DNA from: Chrysomallon squamiferum
Lineage: Eukaryota > Animalia > Mollusca
Direction: 5' to 3'
NCBI GenBank assembly: GCA_012295275.1
Contig: CM022666.1
Coordinates: 4,650,001 to 4,714,000 of the forward strand
Length of the DNA: 64,000 nucleotides
A model generated the notes under the pieces. The model did no database searches and had not been told where the DNA came from. It saw only the letters and a list, made by a program, of their open reading frames with translations. The position numbers were made by a program, and so were the translations under genes. Position 1 is the stretch's first letter; each line of letters starts with the position of its first letter. Below are positions 10,500-22,300 of this stretch, in pieces.

Positions 10500-11050
10500 T
10501 AGCTACTTGCTCGAAATAAATGGTATAAACGGGTAAAATGCACGTGTTTAAGTCCGTTTTTCGTTCAGTCACGCGCTAAAGCTTCTCTCAGCTGTGTTGA
10601 TCAGTTGACACGCAGACGTCACACGTGCATGTGGTGTTCAGATTCTCTCTTCTCTTCTGCTTCCATTTAAACTTAACACTTTTATAATTTACTTTTCCAA
10701 TATGTCAAAACGAAACAGATATGCTGAGGATAAAACGAAACGGAAGACAATAACTTTAGAAAGAAAACACGATACCTTAAATGAAAACAAAACCCACAGT
10801 GAGTGGTGTATAACAATTTCTTAATCTTTTTGTATAAAGTGATTTGTAAATGATTTACTGTTTGTTTAATATCTATGATCTGTTAAAATATTTATTTCTC
10901 CTTATTTAAAAAAAAAAAAAAAATGTTTTATGTGAAATCTCATCAGCGAGAACGTAACCACTGTTTTTAACCTTAATTCTATCTATGTAAATTAGTCTCC
11001 CGATACCTCACTTTACGATCGGGAATTTGGAACCAATTACATCGTTGTAT
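10500..11050 (+). mobile_element. Pogo/Tigger-derived remnant in each unit (also ~15280-15765, ~25200-25725, ~32320-32845, inverted end ~59435-59545)
   Basis: ATG 10702 MSKRNRYAEDKTKRKTITLERKHDTLN resembles a CENP-B/Tigger N-terminal HTH; the end motif is seen as tacctcggtttaacgatgtaattggttcc at ~59438. Confidence 0.6.
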
Positions 11051-11066
11051 GTGTCTGTTAACTTAC

Positions 11067-11103
11067 CACTTTTCTCAGCTTTTGTGTGACTTTCACTCAG
11101 TTT
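11067..11103 (-). pseudogene. 37-nt exon paralogous to TNF-A exon 2 (KLSESHTKAEKS); copies 15781-15817, 25744-25780, 32864-32900, degenerate ~50507-50543 and ~46565-46605; flanked by a deleted relic of TNF-A exon 1 (~11340-11390)
   Basis: 36/37 nt identical to 5528-5564 (synonymous CAT/CAC), intact ttttag|...|gtaagt. Confidence 0.85.
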
Positions 11104-11486
11104 CTAAAAAGAATGTTAATAGCCAGTTTGAAACTCGTACGTAATAAGCAGTTTTAAATTTACAAATATGTTTCAGCACTATGAATTTCTCCTTTTCATA
11201 ATTTAAATATTATTAAACGTATATGGATCTTTTTTTCTTAATTTCGTTTGTAATGAACTTAACTATTTAATATTTTTGTATAGAATTTACCTATTTCACC
11301 ATAACAAATTTTTGTTGTTGTTGCATTTAATGTATTTATAAAACTGATGAGTATCAAGTTTAGTATTTCATTTTCCTTTAGATACAGTCTGTGTCAAACA
11401 AGATAAAAATGTTATTAATACCAAGATAAAGACACGCACATAAATATCATTATTTCAAAAACCTGAAAGTAAAATAATAAATAAAA

Positions 11487-11632
<146 letters not shown>

Positions 11633-12432
11633 CAGAATATTTTTCAAACAATTAAAATAAGACTAGTGGAAAATAATGACATATCTTTCACAAATATATA
11701 TTGCCTTTTACTTCCTTTTCGTTAACGAAATGATTTTTATATTAAATGTTAGAGACAGCTGCACTTTAGAGCACCAAAAAGGGATGTTAGAAAGCAAGGC
11801 TGCTTTGGTCTGGAGGTTTGAAGAAAAAACAACGAAGTTAATGTAATAACAGGTTTTCAGTTGACAAGCCGGACTAAATTCCTTTGGATTACAGCGTTAC
11901 TTCTGTTCACGATTTCGAGAAGTCATACTAACCGATATATAATAGTACTGTCACCTGCCTGGAATTCTAGTCAAGGTTAAGGTTTGTGTACAACAATGAG
12001 GGAACTATTATCTGATGTAAATTTAGCTTTCATGAATCCATGCGCATGCGTATTAACAAGAGTTAGCGCCACGCCAAATAAGGGTATTTTTGTGGTATTG
12101 TGGTCTAGAACAGACACTGACATGCGCAGTTTAGTCAATGACGTGGCAAAGTGGAAGTGTACAGATAAAAAATGTTAATATGTAAAGTTATTCAACTTAC
12201 TGGGTAAAAAAATTAAGTTAGGTAAACGTGAATATTTGAACATCTACAAAGTCATTTTATACACACGTGTATACTATTATATATATTTAGTTAATATTCG
12301 CACTTAACTGTTGCATGACCTTATTCAGAGCAGAGTTCAGATGGAAAAAAAAAACAACACAAAACAACAAACAAACAAAAAAAAACAAAAAAAAAAAAAA
12401 AAACCAAAAAAAAAAAAAACAAACAAGTCAGC

Positions 12433-12470
<38 letters not shown>

Positions 12471-13294
12471 AGAATATTGCTTTGTTTAGTTTGCCGTGAG
12501 TTGTTTTTATGACACAAACAGACACACACAAGTACACATGAAAACACACACAGAAACAAAAAACACACACACACACACACACACACACTCACTAATCTAT
12601 TACAAATCCTAAATAAATTATAAAGAATTTATTCAAGAACATCTACATTATCTAATTTCAAATAACCTAATACACTTCAGCTATGCACTACAGTATATAT
12701 CTACACAAGATCCACGGAGGCGCACAGTCATGAAAAATCGATTATTCCATGACAGAAAAAAAATATTTTTATTTTTATTCATTTATATTTACAATCGTGT
12801 CAGTTGTTCAACGTCCTTATATGGAATAGCGATCGCAGTAATCACGTGACTGAAGCAGGTTGTGAAAAAAGAGACTGGGACAATCACACGTTAGGTAACT
12901 CGAGAACTCGTGGGCCCTGCAATCTGTATTACTAGAAAACACTTAGCAAACAGCTATTTATAAACACTGCTCGAGTAGAAACTACTGTTAAAGATAACGA
13001 GTGTACTGGGATTTTTAAAAGTTTTCCAGTCAGCTACCATTGTTATTATTGTCGTTTTTTTTTTTTTTTTTTAGACAGCAAATCAAACAGTGAAGGACGA
13101 CAGCATAACTATTAAAACTTAATCATGATACATGTGTGTGTGTGTGTGGATGTGCACGTATGTAGGCGTGTCTGTATAAGTATGTGATATGTACATGGTT
13201 ATATAACAAGAATATTTAACAGACTGTCTTTAAAATATACAAATTATGCACACATATCAGAATGTAATTTTGTTAGGTTTAAATTAATTTCTTT

Positions 13295-13361
13295 TCATGT
13301 ATCTTTCATTGTCTGATCCTCGCTGGTTTCGAAAATTATTCTTAGCCTGACAAAACCAGAT
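13295..13361 (-). pseudogene. Orphan copy of gene X terminal exon (SGFVRLRIIFETSEDQTMKDT*); others at 18044-18110 and 29959-30025 (nonsense GAA>TAA)
   Basis: 67-nt exon after ttttaacag|, homologous to 35740-35806; no adjacent TM exon seen. Confidence 0.6.
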
Positions 13362-13432
13362 CTGTTAAAAGATGAAAAAGAGAGAAAAAAAAAAATGAAT
13401 AAATTTCATGGGGTAAGATTAGTTCAAATATA

Positions 13433-13476
<44 letters not shown>

Positions 13477-13586
13477 CTAATTTAACAAATCAACAATTTA
13501 ACTCATAATGATAACACTAAAGTAACTATAATGATCAGAAACCAAATAAATAAATAAATGAATGAATAAATTACTACAAACAACAG

Positions 13587-13662
<76 letters not shown>

Positions 13663-14374
13663 TATTATTATTTTATTTAAAACTTAATTCATGTCTCATT
13701 GTGTACAAACTGCAGTGTTGTCAGGTCTATTGAACGTTCATGACGTTCTGAAAATTAATACACTGTATATTATACATCACAGGATGTCAATTTTATAATA
13801 TCATACACTGAATACATGGTGTTTGCTATACTGAATCTTTAATATTACATCCTTTGATTTGTAAATTACAGGACATAAAAGGTATTGTAACTATCTTTAA
13901 GGTTACCGTACTGGAATAATGCTGTATCACTTGGTATGTAAGTTACATGGTATGTACTGTACTTATTTATATAATATTTAATACTGTCTCCCTGTAAATA
14001 TAAACTACATGATATGTAATGTACTGGAATAATACTGTATTCTGGATGCTTAAGTTATATTATTCTGCAACTTTTGTCTTATTTCCAGTTAAAATGTGTT
14101 TCACTGTATATTCTCCAGCTTGCTTTAGAATCAGAAGTATATTTAATATTGAAGTTATTCATACCAATAAGGGTGATATCAAAATCTGTTATGAAGGGTT
14201 CGTGTATGCTGCGACAGAATTTCTTCGTGATATCGGGTGGAACATCAGACTAAACCATCAACATTAAAATCAAAGAACAGTAACAAAAACTCTGACAAAA
14301 TGTGTTTAATCTATCTTTCATTGCTAATATATTTCATAATTAAAAATTGTGACTTCTTTTCGGGAATAATTATC

Positions 14375-14880
14375 ACTCCAACACACGTCAAACTTGAAGG
14401 TCGGGAACACGTTGACAAATAATGTGAGTCCCTTTTTAATAAAAGAACCGAGATATATTTTGTTTGGATAGGGAAGAACTGTGGAACCATTCCTTGTAAA
14501 GGTCGCTTTCCACTGAACGCACTGTGTAACTAGCTATGTATCTGTTTTCTCTTCTGTGTTAATCCTTACGTGTTTGTTGTGACCGATTACAATCATTCTA
14601 TCCATCTATATTATTCTTTACTTCTGTAGTGAATACAGTTTTAAAAGTGTCTTGTGTCTGTTGTGTTCTAGTGTACAATAAATGGTGTATACATATATAT
14701 GCTTTCTTATTAGATTATGCATGTGTTCAGACTTTTGTTTAATAGATATTACCAGTGAAGGGATTTTTGTTTTTATGTTTGTCAGACTTTGAATACTCAC
14801 AGATCATTTTAGCATATTATTCTTTAGTACGAAGATGCCAAGAAATATGTGTTGCTTCCTACATTTGAGGTTTTAGCTAT
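14375..14880 (-). pseudogene. Exon B, U2 copy (single frame, several in-frame stops); further copies 24441-~23888, ~31485-31810, ~58580-58731, 60363-~60765 (+)
   Basis: One frame reads ...LK*SVSIQ...IPSLVI...IYVYTIYCTL...VIGHN...LVTQCVQW...NKIYLGSFIKKGLTLFVNV, echoing the order of TNF strands. Confidence 0.45.
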
Positions 14881-15606
14881 CTGAAAATCTGTGACACTGT
14901 ATATAAACAAACACGTGCATTACATCCAATTTACAAATATATGAAATTGTTCAACTGAATAAACATGTTTATTGTTATCTGAACTCTATTCTGTTGAAGT
15001 CGAGCAGCTTAGATTCACCACCTTACGCTTAAAACCATTATAATAACCGTTATTATAACAGTTATTAATTAATTAATTAATTAATTAATTAATTAATTAA
15101 TTATTATTATTATTATTATTATTATTTATTTTTATATTTATTTATTTATTTATTTATCTATTCGTTTATTTTTTATTGTTGTTGTATTATTATAAAATAA
15201 TTAAAAGTGATTTGACACACACACACAAAAAAATAATATACACAAATACACACACATGTGTTTAATATACGTTTTCGTTCATGTAGATCAGTTGTGTTGA
15301 TCAGACAGAGACGTCACACGTGCATGTGGTGTTCAGATTCTCTTCTCTTCTGCTTCCATTTAAACTTAACACTTTTATAATTTACTTTTCCAATATGTCA
15401 AAACGAATAGATATGCTGATGATAAAACGAGACCGAAGACAATAACTTTAGAAACAAAACACGATATCTTAAATGAACACAAAACCCACAATGAACCCAC
15501 AATGAGTGGTGTATAATTATTTCTTAATCTTTTTGTATAAATTGATTTGTAAATGATTTACTGTTTGTTTAATATCTCTGATCTATTAAAATATTTATTT
15601 CTCCTT

Positions 15607-15637
<31 letters not shown>

Positions 15638-16199
15638 TGTTTTATGTGAAATCTCATCAGCGAGAACGTAACCACTGTTTTTAACCTTAATTCTATCTAT
15701 GTAAATTAGTCTCCCGATACCTCACTTAACGGTCGGAAATTTGGAACCAATTACATCGTTGTATGTGTCTGTTAACTTACCACTTTTCTCAGCTTTTGTG
15801 TGACTTTCACTCAGTTTCTAAAAAGAATGTTAATGATCAATTTGAAACTCGTCCATAATAATCAGTTTTAAATTTACAAATATGTTTCAGCACTATGAAT
15901 TTCTCCTTTTCATAATTTAAATATTATTAAACGTATATGGATCTTTTTTCTTAATTTCCTTTGTAATGAACTTAACTGTTTAATATTTTTGTATAGAATT
16001 TACCTATTTCACCATAACAAATTTTTGTTGTTGTTGCATTTAATATATTTATAAAACTGATGAGTATCAAGTTTAGTATTTCATTTTCCTTTAGATACAG
16101 TCTGTGTCAAACAAGATAAAAATGTCATTAATACCAAGATAAAGACACGCACATAAATATCATTATTTCAAAAACCTGAAAGAAAAAAAATAAATAAAA

Positions 16200-16341
<142 letters not shown>

Positions 16342-17164
16342 AAGCGCGCAACAGATACTACACAAACAACAGAATATTTTTCAAACAATGAAAATAAGAC
16401 TATAGGAAAATAATGACATATCTTTCAGAAATATATATTGCCTTTTACTTCCTTTTCGTTAACGAAATGATTTTTATATTAAATGTTAGAGACAACTGCA
16501 CTTTAGTGCACCAAAAAGGGATGTTAAAAAGCAAGGCTGCTTTGGTCTGGAGGTTTGAAGAAAAAACAACGAAGTTAATGTAATAATTGGTGTCCAAGTT
16601 TTCAGTTGACAGGCCGGACTAAATTCCTCTGGATTACAGCGTTACTTCTATTCACGATTTCGAGAAGTCATACTAACCGATATATAATAGTACTATCACC
16701 TGCCTGGAATTCTAGTGCAGGTTAAGTTGTTTGTACAATAATGAGGGAACTATTATCTGATGTAAATTTAGCTTTCATGAATCCATGCGCATGCGTATTA
16801 AAAGAGTTAGCACCACGCCAAATAAGGGTATTTTTGTGGTATTGTGGTCTACAACAGACACTGACATGCGCAGTTTAGTCAATGACGTGGCAAAGTGGAA
16901 GTGTACAGATAAAAAATGTTAATATGTAAAGTTATTCAACTTACTGGGTAAAAAACAAATTAAGTTAGGTAAACGTGAATTTTTGAACATCTACAAAGTC
17001 ATTTTATACACACGTATATACTATTATGTATATTTACTTAATATTCGCACTTAACTATTGCATGACCTTATTCAGAGCAGTGTTCAGATGGAAAAAAACC
17101 CAACAACAAACAAACACAAAAACAAAATAAAATAACAAACAAAAAAAAAAACAATACAAGCAAG

Positions 17165-17216
<52 letters not shown>

Positions 17217-18347
17217 TATATTTTAAGAATATTGCTTTGTTCAGTTTGCCGTGAGTTGTTTTTATGACAGAAACTAGATTACATCAAGTACATCTGATGT
17301 ACGTGCAGGAACAGAAACAAAGATAGGAAAACGTAACAACTGACTATTACCTAGTCACTATTCAACAGTCTAACCCTAAATAAATTATAAAGAATTTAAT
17401 CCAGAACATCTACTTTATCTAATTTCAAATGTCCTAATACACTCCAGCTATCCACTACAGTATTTATCTACACAAGATCCACGAAGGCGCACAGTTATAA
17501 AAATTGGATTACTCCCTGAGAGAAAAAAATATTTTTATTTGTATTCATTTATATTTAAAATCGTTTCAGTGGTTTAACGTGTTTATTTGGACTAGAGATA
17601 ACAGTAATCACGTGACTGAAGCAGGTTGTGAAATAAGATATGAGGACAATCACACGTTAGGTAACTCGAGAACTCGTGGGCCCTGCATTCTGTATCACTA
17701 GGAAACACTTAGCAAACATCTATTTATAAACACTGCTCAGACAGAAACTACTTTTAAAGATAACGAGTGTACTGGGGATTTTAAAAGTTTTCCGGTCAGC
17801 TACCTCTGTTATTGTCCGGTTTTTTAGACAGCAAATCAAACAGTGAAGGACGACAGCATAACTATTAAAACTTAATCATGATACATGTGTATGTGTGGGT
17901 GTGCACGTATCTAGGCGTATCTATATAAGTATATGATATGTACATGGTTATATAACAGCAATATTTAACATACTGTCTATAAAATATACAAATTATGCAC
18001 ACATATCAGAATTTAATTTTGTTAGGTTTAAATTAATTTCCTTTCATGTATCTTTCATTGTTTGATCCTCGCTGGTTTCAAAAATTATTCTTAGCCTGAC
18101 AAAACCAGATCTGTTAAAAGATGAAAAAGAGAGAGTAAAAAAAATGAATAAATTTCATGGGATAAGATTAGTCCAAATATAATATGTCTGTGTGTGCGTG
18201 TGCATGTGTGTGTATGTGTGTGTGTGTGTGTGACTAATTTAACAAATCAGTAATTTAACTCATAATCATAACATTAAAGTAAACTATAATGATCAGAAAC
18301 CAAATAAATAAATAAATGAATGAATAAATTGCTACAAACAACAGCAA

Positions 18348-18547
18348 NNNNNNNNNNNNNNNNNNNNNNNNNNNNNNNNNNNNNNNNNNNNNNNNNNNNN
18401 NNNNNNNNNNNNNNNNNNNNNNNNNNNNNNNNNNNNNNNNNNNNNNNNNNNNNNNNNNNNNNNNNNNNNNNNNNNNNNNNNNNNNNNNNNNNNNNNNNNN
18501 NNNNNNNNNNNNNNNNNNNNNNNNNNNNNNNNNNNNNNNNNNNNNNN
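18348..18547. other. Assembly gap (200 N)
   Basis: Run of n. Confidence 1.
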
Positions 18548-18830
18548 GTCTCACAATCGGCTACACGACCAATCGAAACGGAATCAGATTAAAATGTAAA
18601 AGCACCACATCACTCAACTGCAGCTGTGATTTTTCTGAAACCATGAAACACTACTTACTTCACTGTCCAATTTTTGCCATGCCAAGGAGCGACAAACCTT
18701 ACGCAATACTGTGGATGAACCAAAAATTGAGTTCACACTTCAAAACATCTTAGCACCAGACATGAAATATATAGAGCTAGTTCTCGCTGCAGTAACAACT
18801 TACATTATGAACACAAAATACAAATTTAAA
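18548..18830 (+). mobile_element. 3' end fragment of a non-LTR retrotransposon (LINE ORF2 C-terminal zinc knuckle)
   Basis: LTIGYT then SLNCSCDFSETMKHYLLHCPIF matches the CxC..ETxxHxLxxCP motif; degenerate. Confidence 0.75.
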
Positions 18831-19089
18831 CTCAAGGAGATGTAAGTTTGAGATTTTGTTTTAAAGCAATTACAATTAAACACAACAAGCAAACTCCCCC
18901 TTTACAAAACAAAAACCAACAATTAAACTAAATAACTGACTTACAGATTGATTAGTTGAACAGCTGATTGATACAGGCGAGTATGGTAAGCAAATGTCTG
19001 TTCTTATTTTGATATGGTGTAATGTGCAATTAACCTCTGTCAGTAACATTTATTATATCTAAAATGTTAACGTTTTAATCTACCCTCTG

Positions 19090-19870
19090 TGCAGATTCTT
19101 ATTTTGTCTTGGTTATTCATTTTGCAATATGAAGAACGTGGTTGAAAGGGCGTTGTCTCAGCCGACAGATTACTCTTTACTTGCATGGCTGACCTATTAT
19201 AATTATGCTGCCTAACTGATGAAGTTCTACCAGAAAACCTTTCCTGATTACCATCAAAATTCTTAGAAGAACTTGACTCACAACTCTGTAACTTGTGGAC
19301 AAGAACGTAATTAACAGCAGCTACAGCAGCAGCTTGTAGACATTATATGCCCTGATCTGCCAAATGTAACCGAACATTTACCGGTAAACAATTCTTCACT
19401 TATTCCAAAACAATTAATTCACGTAATTTGGCATAATCCTTCCCAATGTTGCTTGATTTAGTCCATTTATCAAAAACATTCTGTTTTCTGGACACAAAAT
19501 CAAATTGCGTTTCTGAATCTAATTTTTTTAATTTCCAAAAACACTGGCGATATGCCTCGCTAGTCACCTGATACGCTGTCAGCACTGCTGATTTCAACAC
19601 CTCAGAATTTCTGCCCTGAGTATTATCTAAAGCATTTTAGGCTAGAGCAGCTTTTCCTTTTAACTTTCTCTGAACTAACAAATGCCAAAACTGTTCTGGC
19701 CATTTTAATTTCAAGGCCACTCTTTCGAACTGTTGAAAGAAAATTTCAGTATCATTCTCATCAAAATGAGGAACTGACCAGTAACAATCATTAATTCTAA
19801 AACTATTCAATCCATTCTCACTTGAATTATCTCCTCCCATTTCAATTTAATTATCTTAAATTCTCTCTCT
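19090..19870 (-). mobile_element. Gypsy (Gmr1-like) LTR retrotransposon gag relic with SCAN-like capsid
   Basis: VPHFDENDTEIFFQQFERVALKLKWPEQFW...LKGKA...LKSAVLTAYQVTSEAYRQCF...LRELIVLE*VKNCLP, with in-frame stops. Confidence 0.88.
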
Positions 19871-19877
19871 TTATCTG

Positions 19878-19954
<77 letters not shown>

Positions 19955-19955
<1 letters not shown>

Positions 19956-20670
19956 GCACTGATTCTGCCATACTCGGAGTTACTCCCCCCACTCTCGTTA
20001 TCTACAGAATCGCCAAACAAAGCCTCTGTTAAAATTTCTCTGGTTTGCTCTGTCTTGTTTGACTGGGCAGCTGAAATGTTTGTTATGAATATTTACAATT
20101 CTAGTAGCTCAGCCCTCTTGGCTCTTTTGATAAACGTTACACTAGGATTGTTCAGTGTATCTTAATCCAAAATAATTTCTCCGTTTTGACTTATTTATTT
20201 TAATATCGTTATTATTTTGTTGTGTTGTGTTTTCTCAAGTGGATATAAACATAAATTAGCTGTCATTAAACTGAGAAAATACTCAATACATCTAAAGAAA
20301 TAATTCCATAAGATTTTTAGAAAACGAACCCCAAATTAATTATTTGAAAAATCCCGGACGAGAGCCCCAACTTTTATGTTCCTGTCACGTGGCTCACATC
20401 TTTAAACACCTTGTATGTTTTATTATGACTCAGTCTAGGGTAACAATGTGTTTTACTGGCCACCTAACAAAGAATATAAACGCTAAATTGACAGCAATCT
20501 CTATAAATCAATAAGTCTGTCTACTCACTAGAGAAATAAACACAACCGTAGTTACGATTCACGTTAATTATTTAATTATGATATACAGGTGACTTGATAA
20601 TAATAAATTAAACAATCATAAAACATACGTTTAAGTAATTTTGATTAATGATACGAGTACGGACATACGG
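19955..20670 (-). pseudogene. Orphan TNF-A 5' end (exon 0 plus upstream region), truncated at the (CT)n/Gypsy junction
   Basis: Near-identical to ~6230-6940; downstream exons absent on this contig. Confidence 0.85.
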
Positions 20671-20779
20671 GGAAAGAAGACAAAATAGTGGTTTGCCCGC
20701 CTGATATTTCGTCTTGACTGTTTTCTTCGCTTACGTCTCTTTAATTACCTTTGAACCTGGAATCTTGAATCAAATTAAC

Positions 20780-22300
20780 GTTGTAATCAGAGCAAGCACG
20801 TCTACAACAGGCACGCTTTCTGACACGTCAGCAGTAGTTCTAAAAACGCCATGGAGTTGAAAACTTAGCGGAAACAATAAAAGGAGCGGATGTGATTGTA
20901 GTAATAATAAAAGTTACGCAATGTCAATTCCATAGCTTAAATATAAAAGAGCGGATGTCATTTGAAGTGACAATTAAAGTTACGCAATCTGAATTCATAA
21001 CTTAAAAATAAAATGAGCGGATCTCTGATTGAGGTAACAAATTTGAATTCCGTGATTTTCTTAACCGCGATATTCAGTTTGTTCATGTTAGTGTAATATC
21101 ACATAATATTATACAAATGAAATAGTGAAATTGTAAATGAAATTATAATTTTATATAAATATATATATATAACCTATGAAATAAGTGAAACATTTACCTA
21201 AATGATGAAAAAAATTAACTTGCTAATCAGAAGAACCTGTTGTGAGGCACGCTTTCTGGCATGGAATGGAATGGAAAAAAATTAAAGTGCTAATCAGAGC
21301 AAGCTGTTGTGAAGCACGTCTGCGACGGGCACGCTTTCTGACAGGTCAGCGGGCGTGTCCGTCGCAGAAAAGAGTTTTGGGTAGGGAAAATAATGGATTC
21401 TCGCCACGATTGCAGGACACAAGGGAGTGTCCAGCATATCGGATCGTGACGAGTCGGTACGGGTGTATCGCAGCCGCAATTCGCCCCCCGTGATATCCGG
21501 CACAATCTCTCAGCCATCACCGGGTCTGTGTTGTTTGCCGTCCTGGTTGTTCTGCTCTTGGCTGCTGTCGTTGTTTCTTTTTGGCTGCTTCCTTCTGGTC
21601 CACGTGGTCCAAACCTGTTTTTTTTTTTGTTGTTTTTTTTGCCAATGGTCTTTTTATTGTTTTAAACGATCTGCATTACAAAAATGCAGCTCTTTTTATA
21701 ACAACGCCATGGAGTTGAAAAATTAGCGGAAACAATAAAAGGAGCGGATGTGATTGTAGTAATAATTAAAGTTACGCAATCTGAATTCATCGCTTAAAAA
21801 AAAAATAAAAAATAAAAAAATAAATAAAAGGAGCGGAGCTCTGATTGAAGTAACAAATTTGAATTCCGTGACTTTCTTAATCGCGATATTCAGTTTTTTC
21901 AAGTTGGTGTAATATCACATAATGTTATACAAATGAAATAGTGAAATTGTTAGTGAAATTATAATTTTATATAATTAAATATAACCTATGAAATAAGTGA
22001 AATTATTGTTTTATATAAATATATATAACCTATGAAATAAGTGAAATTATAATTTTATATAATTAAATATAACCTATGAATTAAGTGAAATTATTGTTTT
22101 ATATAAATATATATAACCTATGAAATAAGTGAAACATTTTACATACCTAAATGATGAAATCAGGCACTTCAGCGCCAAGTACGCTCTCTCTGCCGTGAAG
22201 TGGAAAACAAAATAACGTGCTATTAAGAGTAAGCTGTTGTGAAGAACGTCTACGACGGGCTCGCTATCTGACAGGTCTCTGACAGGCGTCGTTGATTTTT
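20780..22300. repeat. Complex repeat: recurring gtgctaatcagagcaagctgttgtgaagcacgtct.cgac.ggcacgctttctgac motif, ~62-bp aaaggagcggatgtgattg units and a CpG-rich core 21300-21610; paralogs ~45590-46090 and ~47495-48430
   Basis: Visible repeated motifs; family not identified. Confidence 0.7.

Noticed and set aside
21242-21726. Overlapping ORFs in the GC-rich core (also 47593-47923)
   Set aside because: No recognisable domain; expected from high GC, and the paralog has a large deletion.
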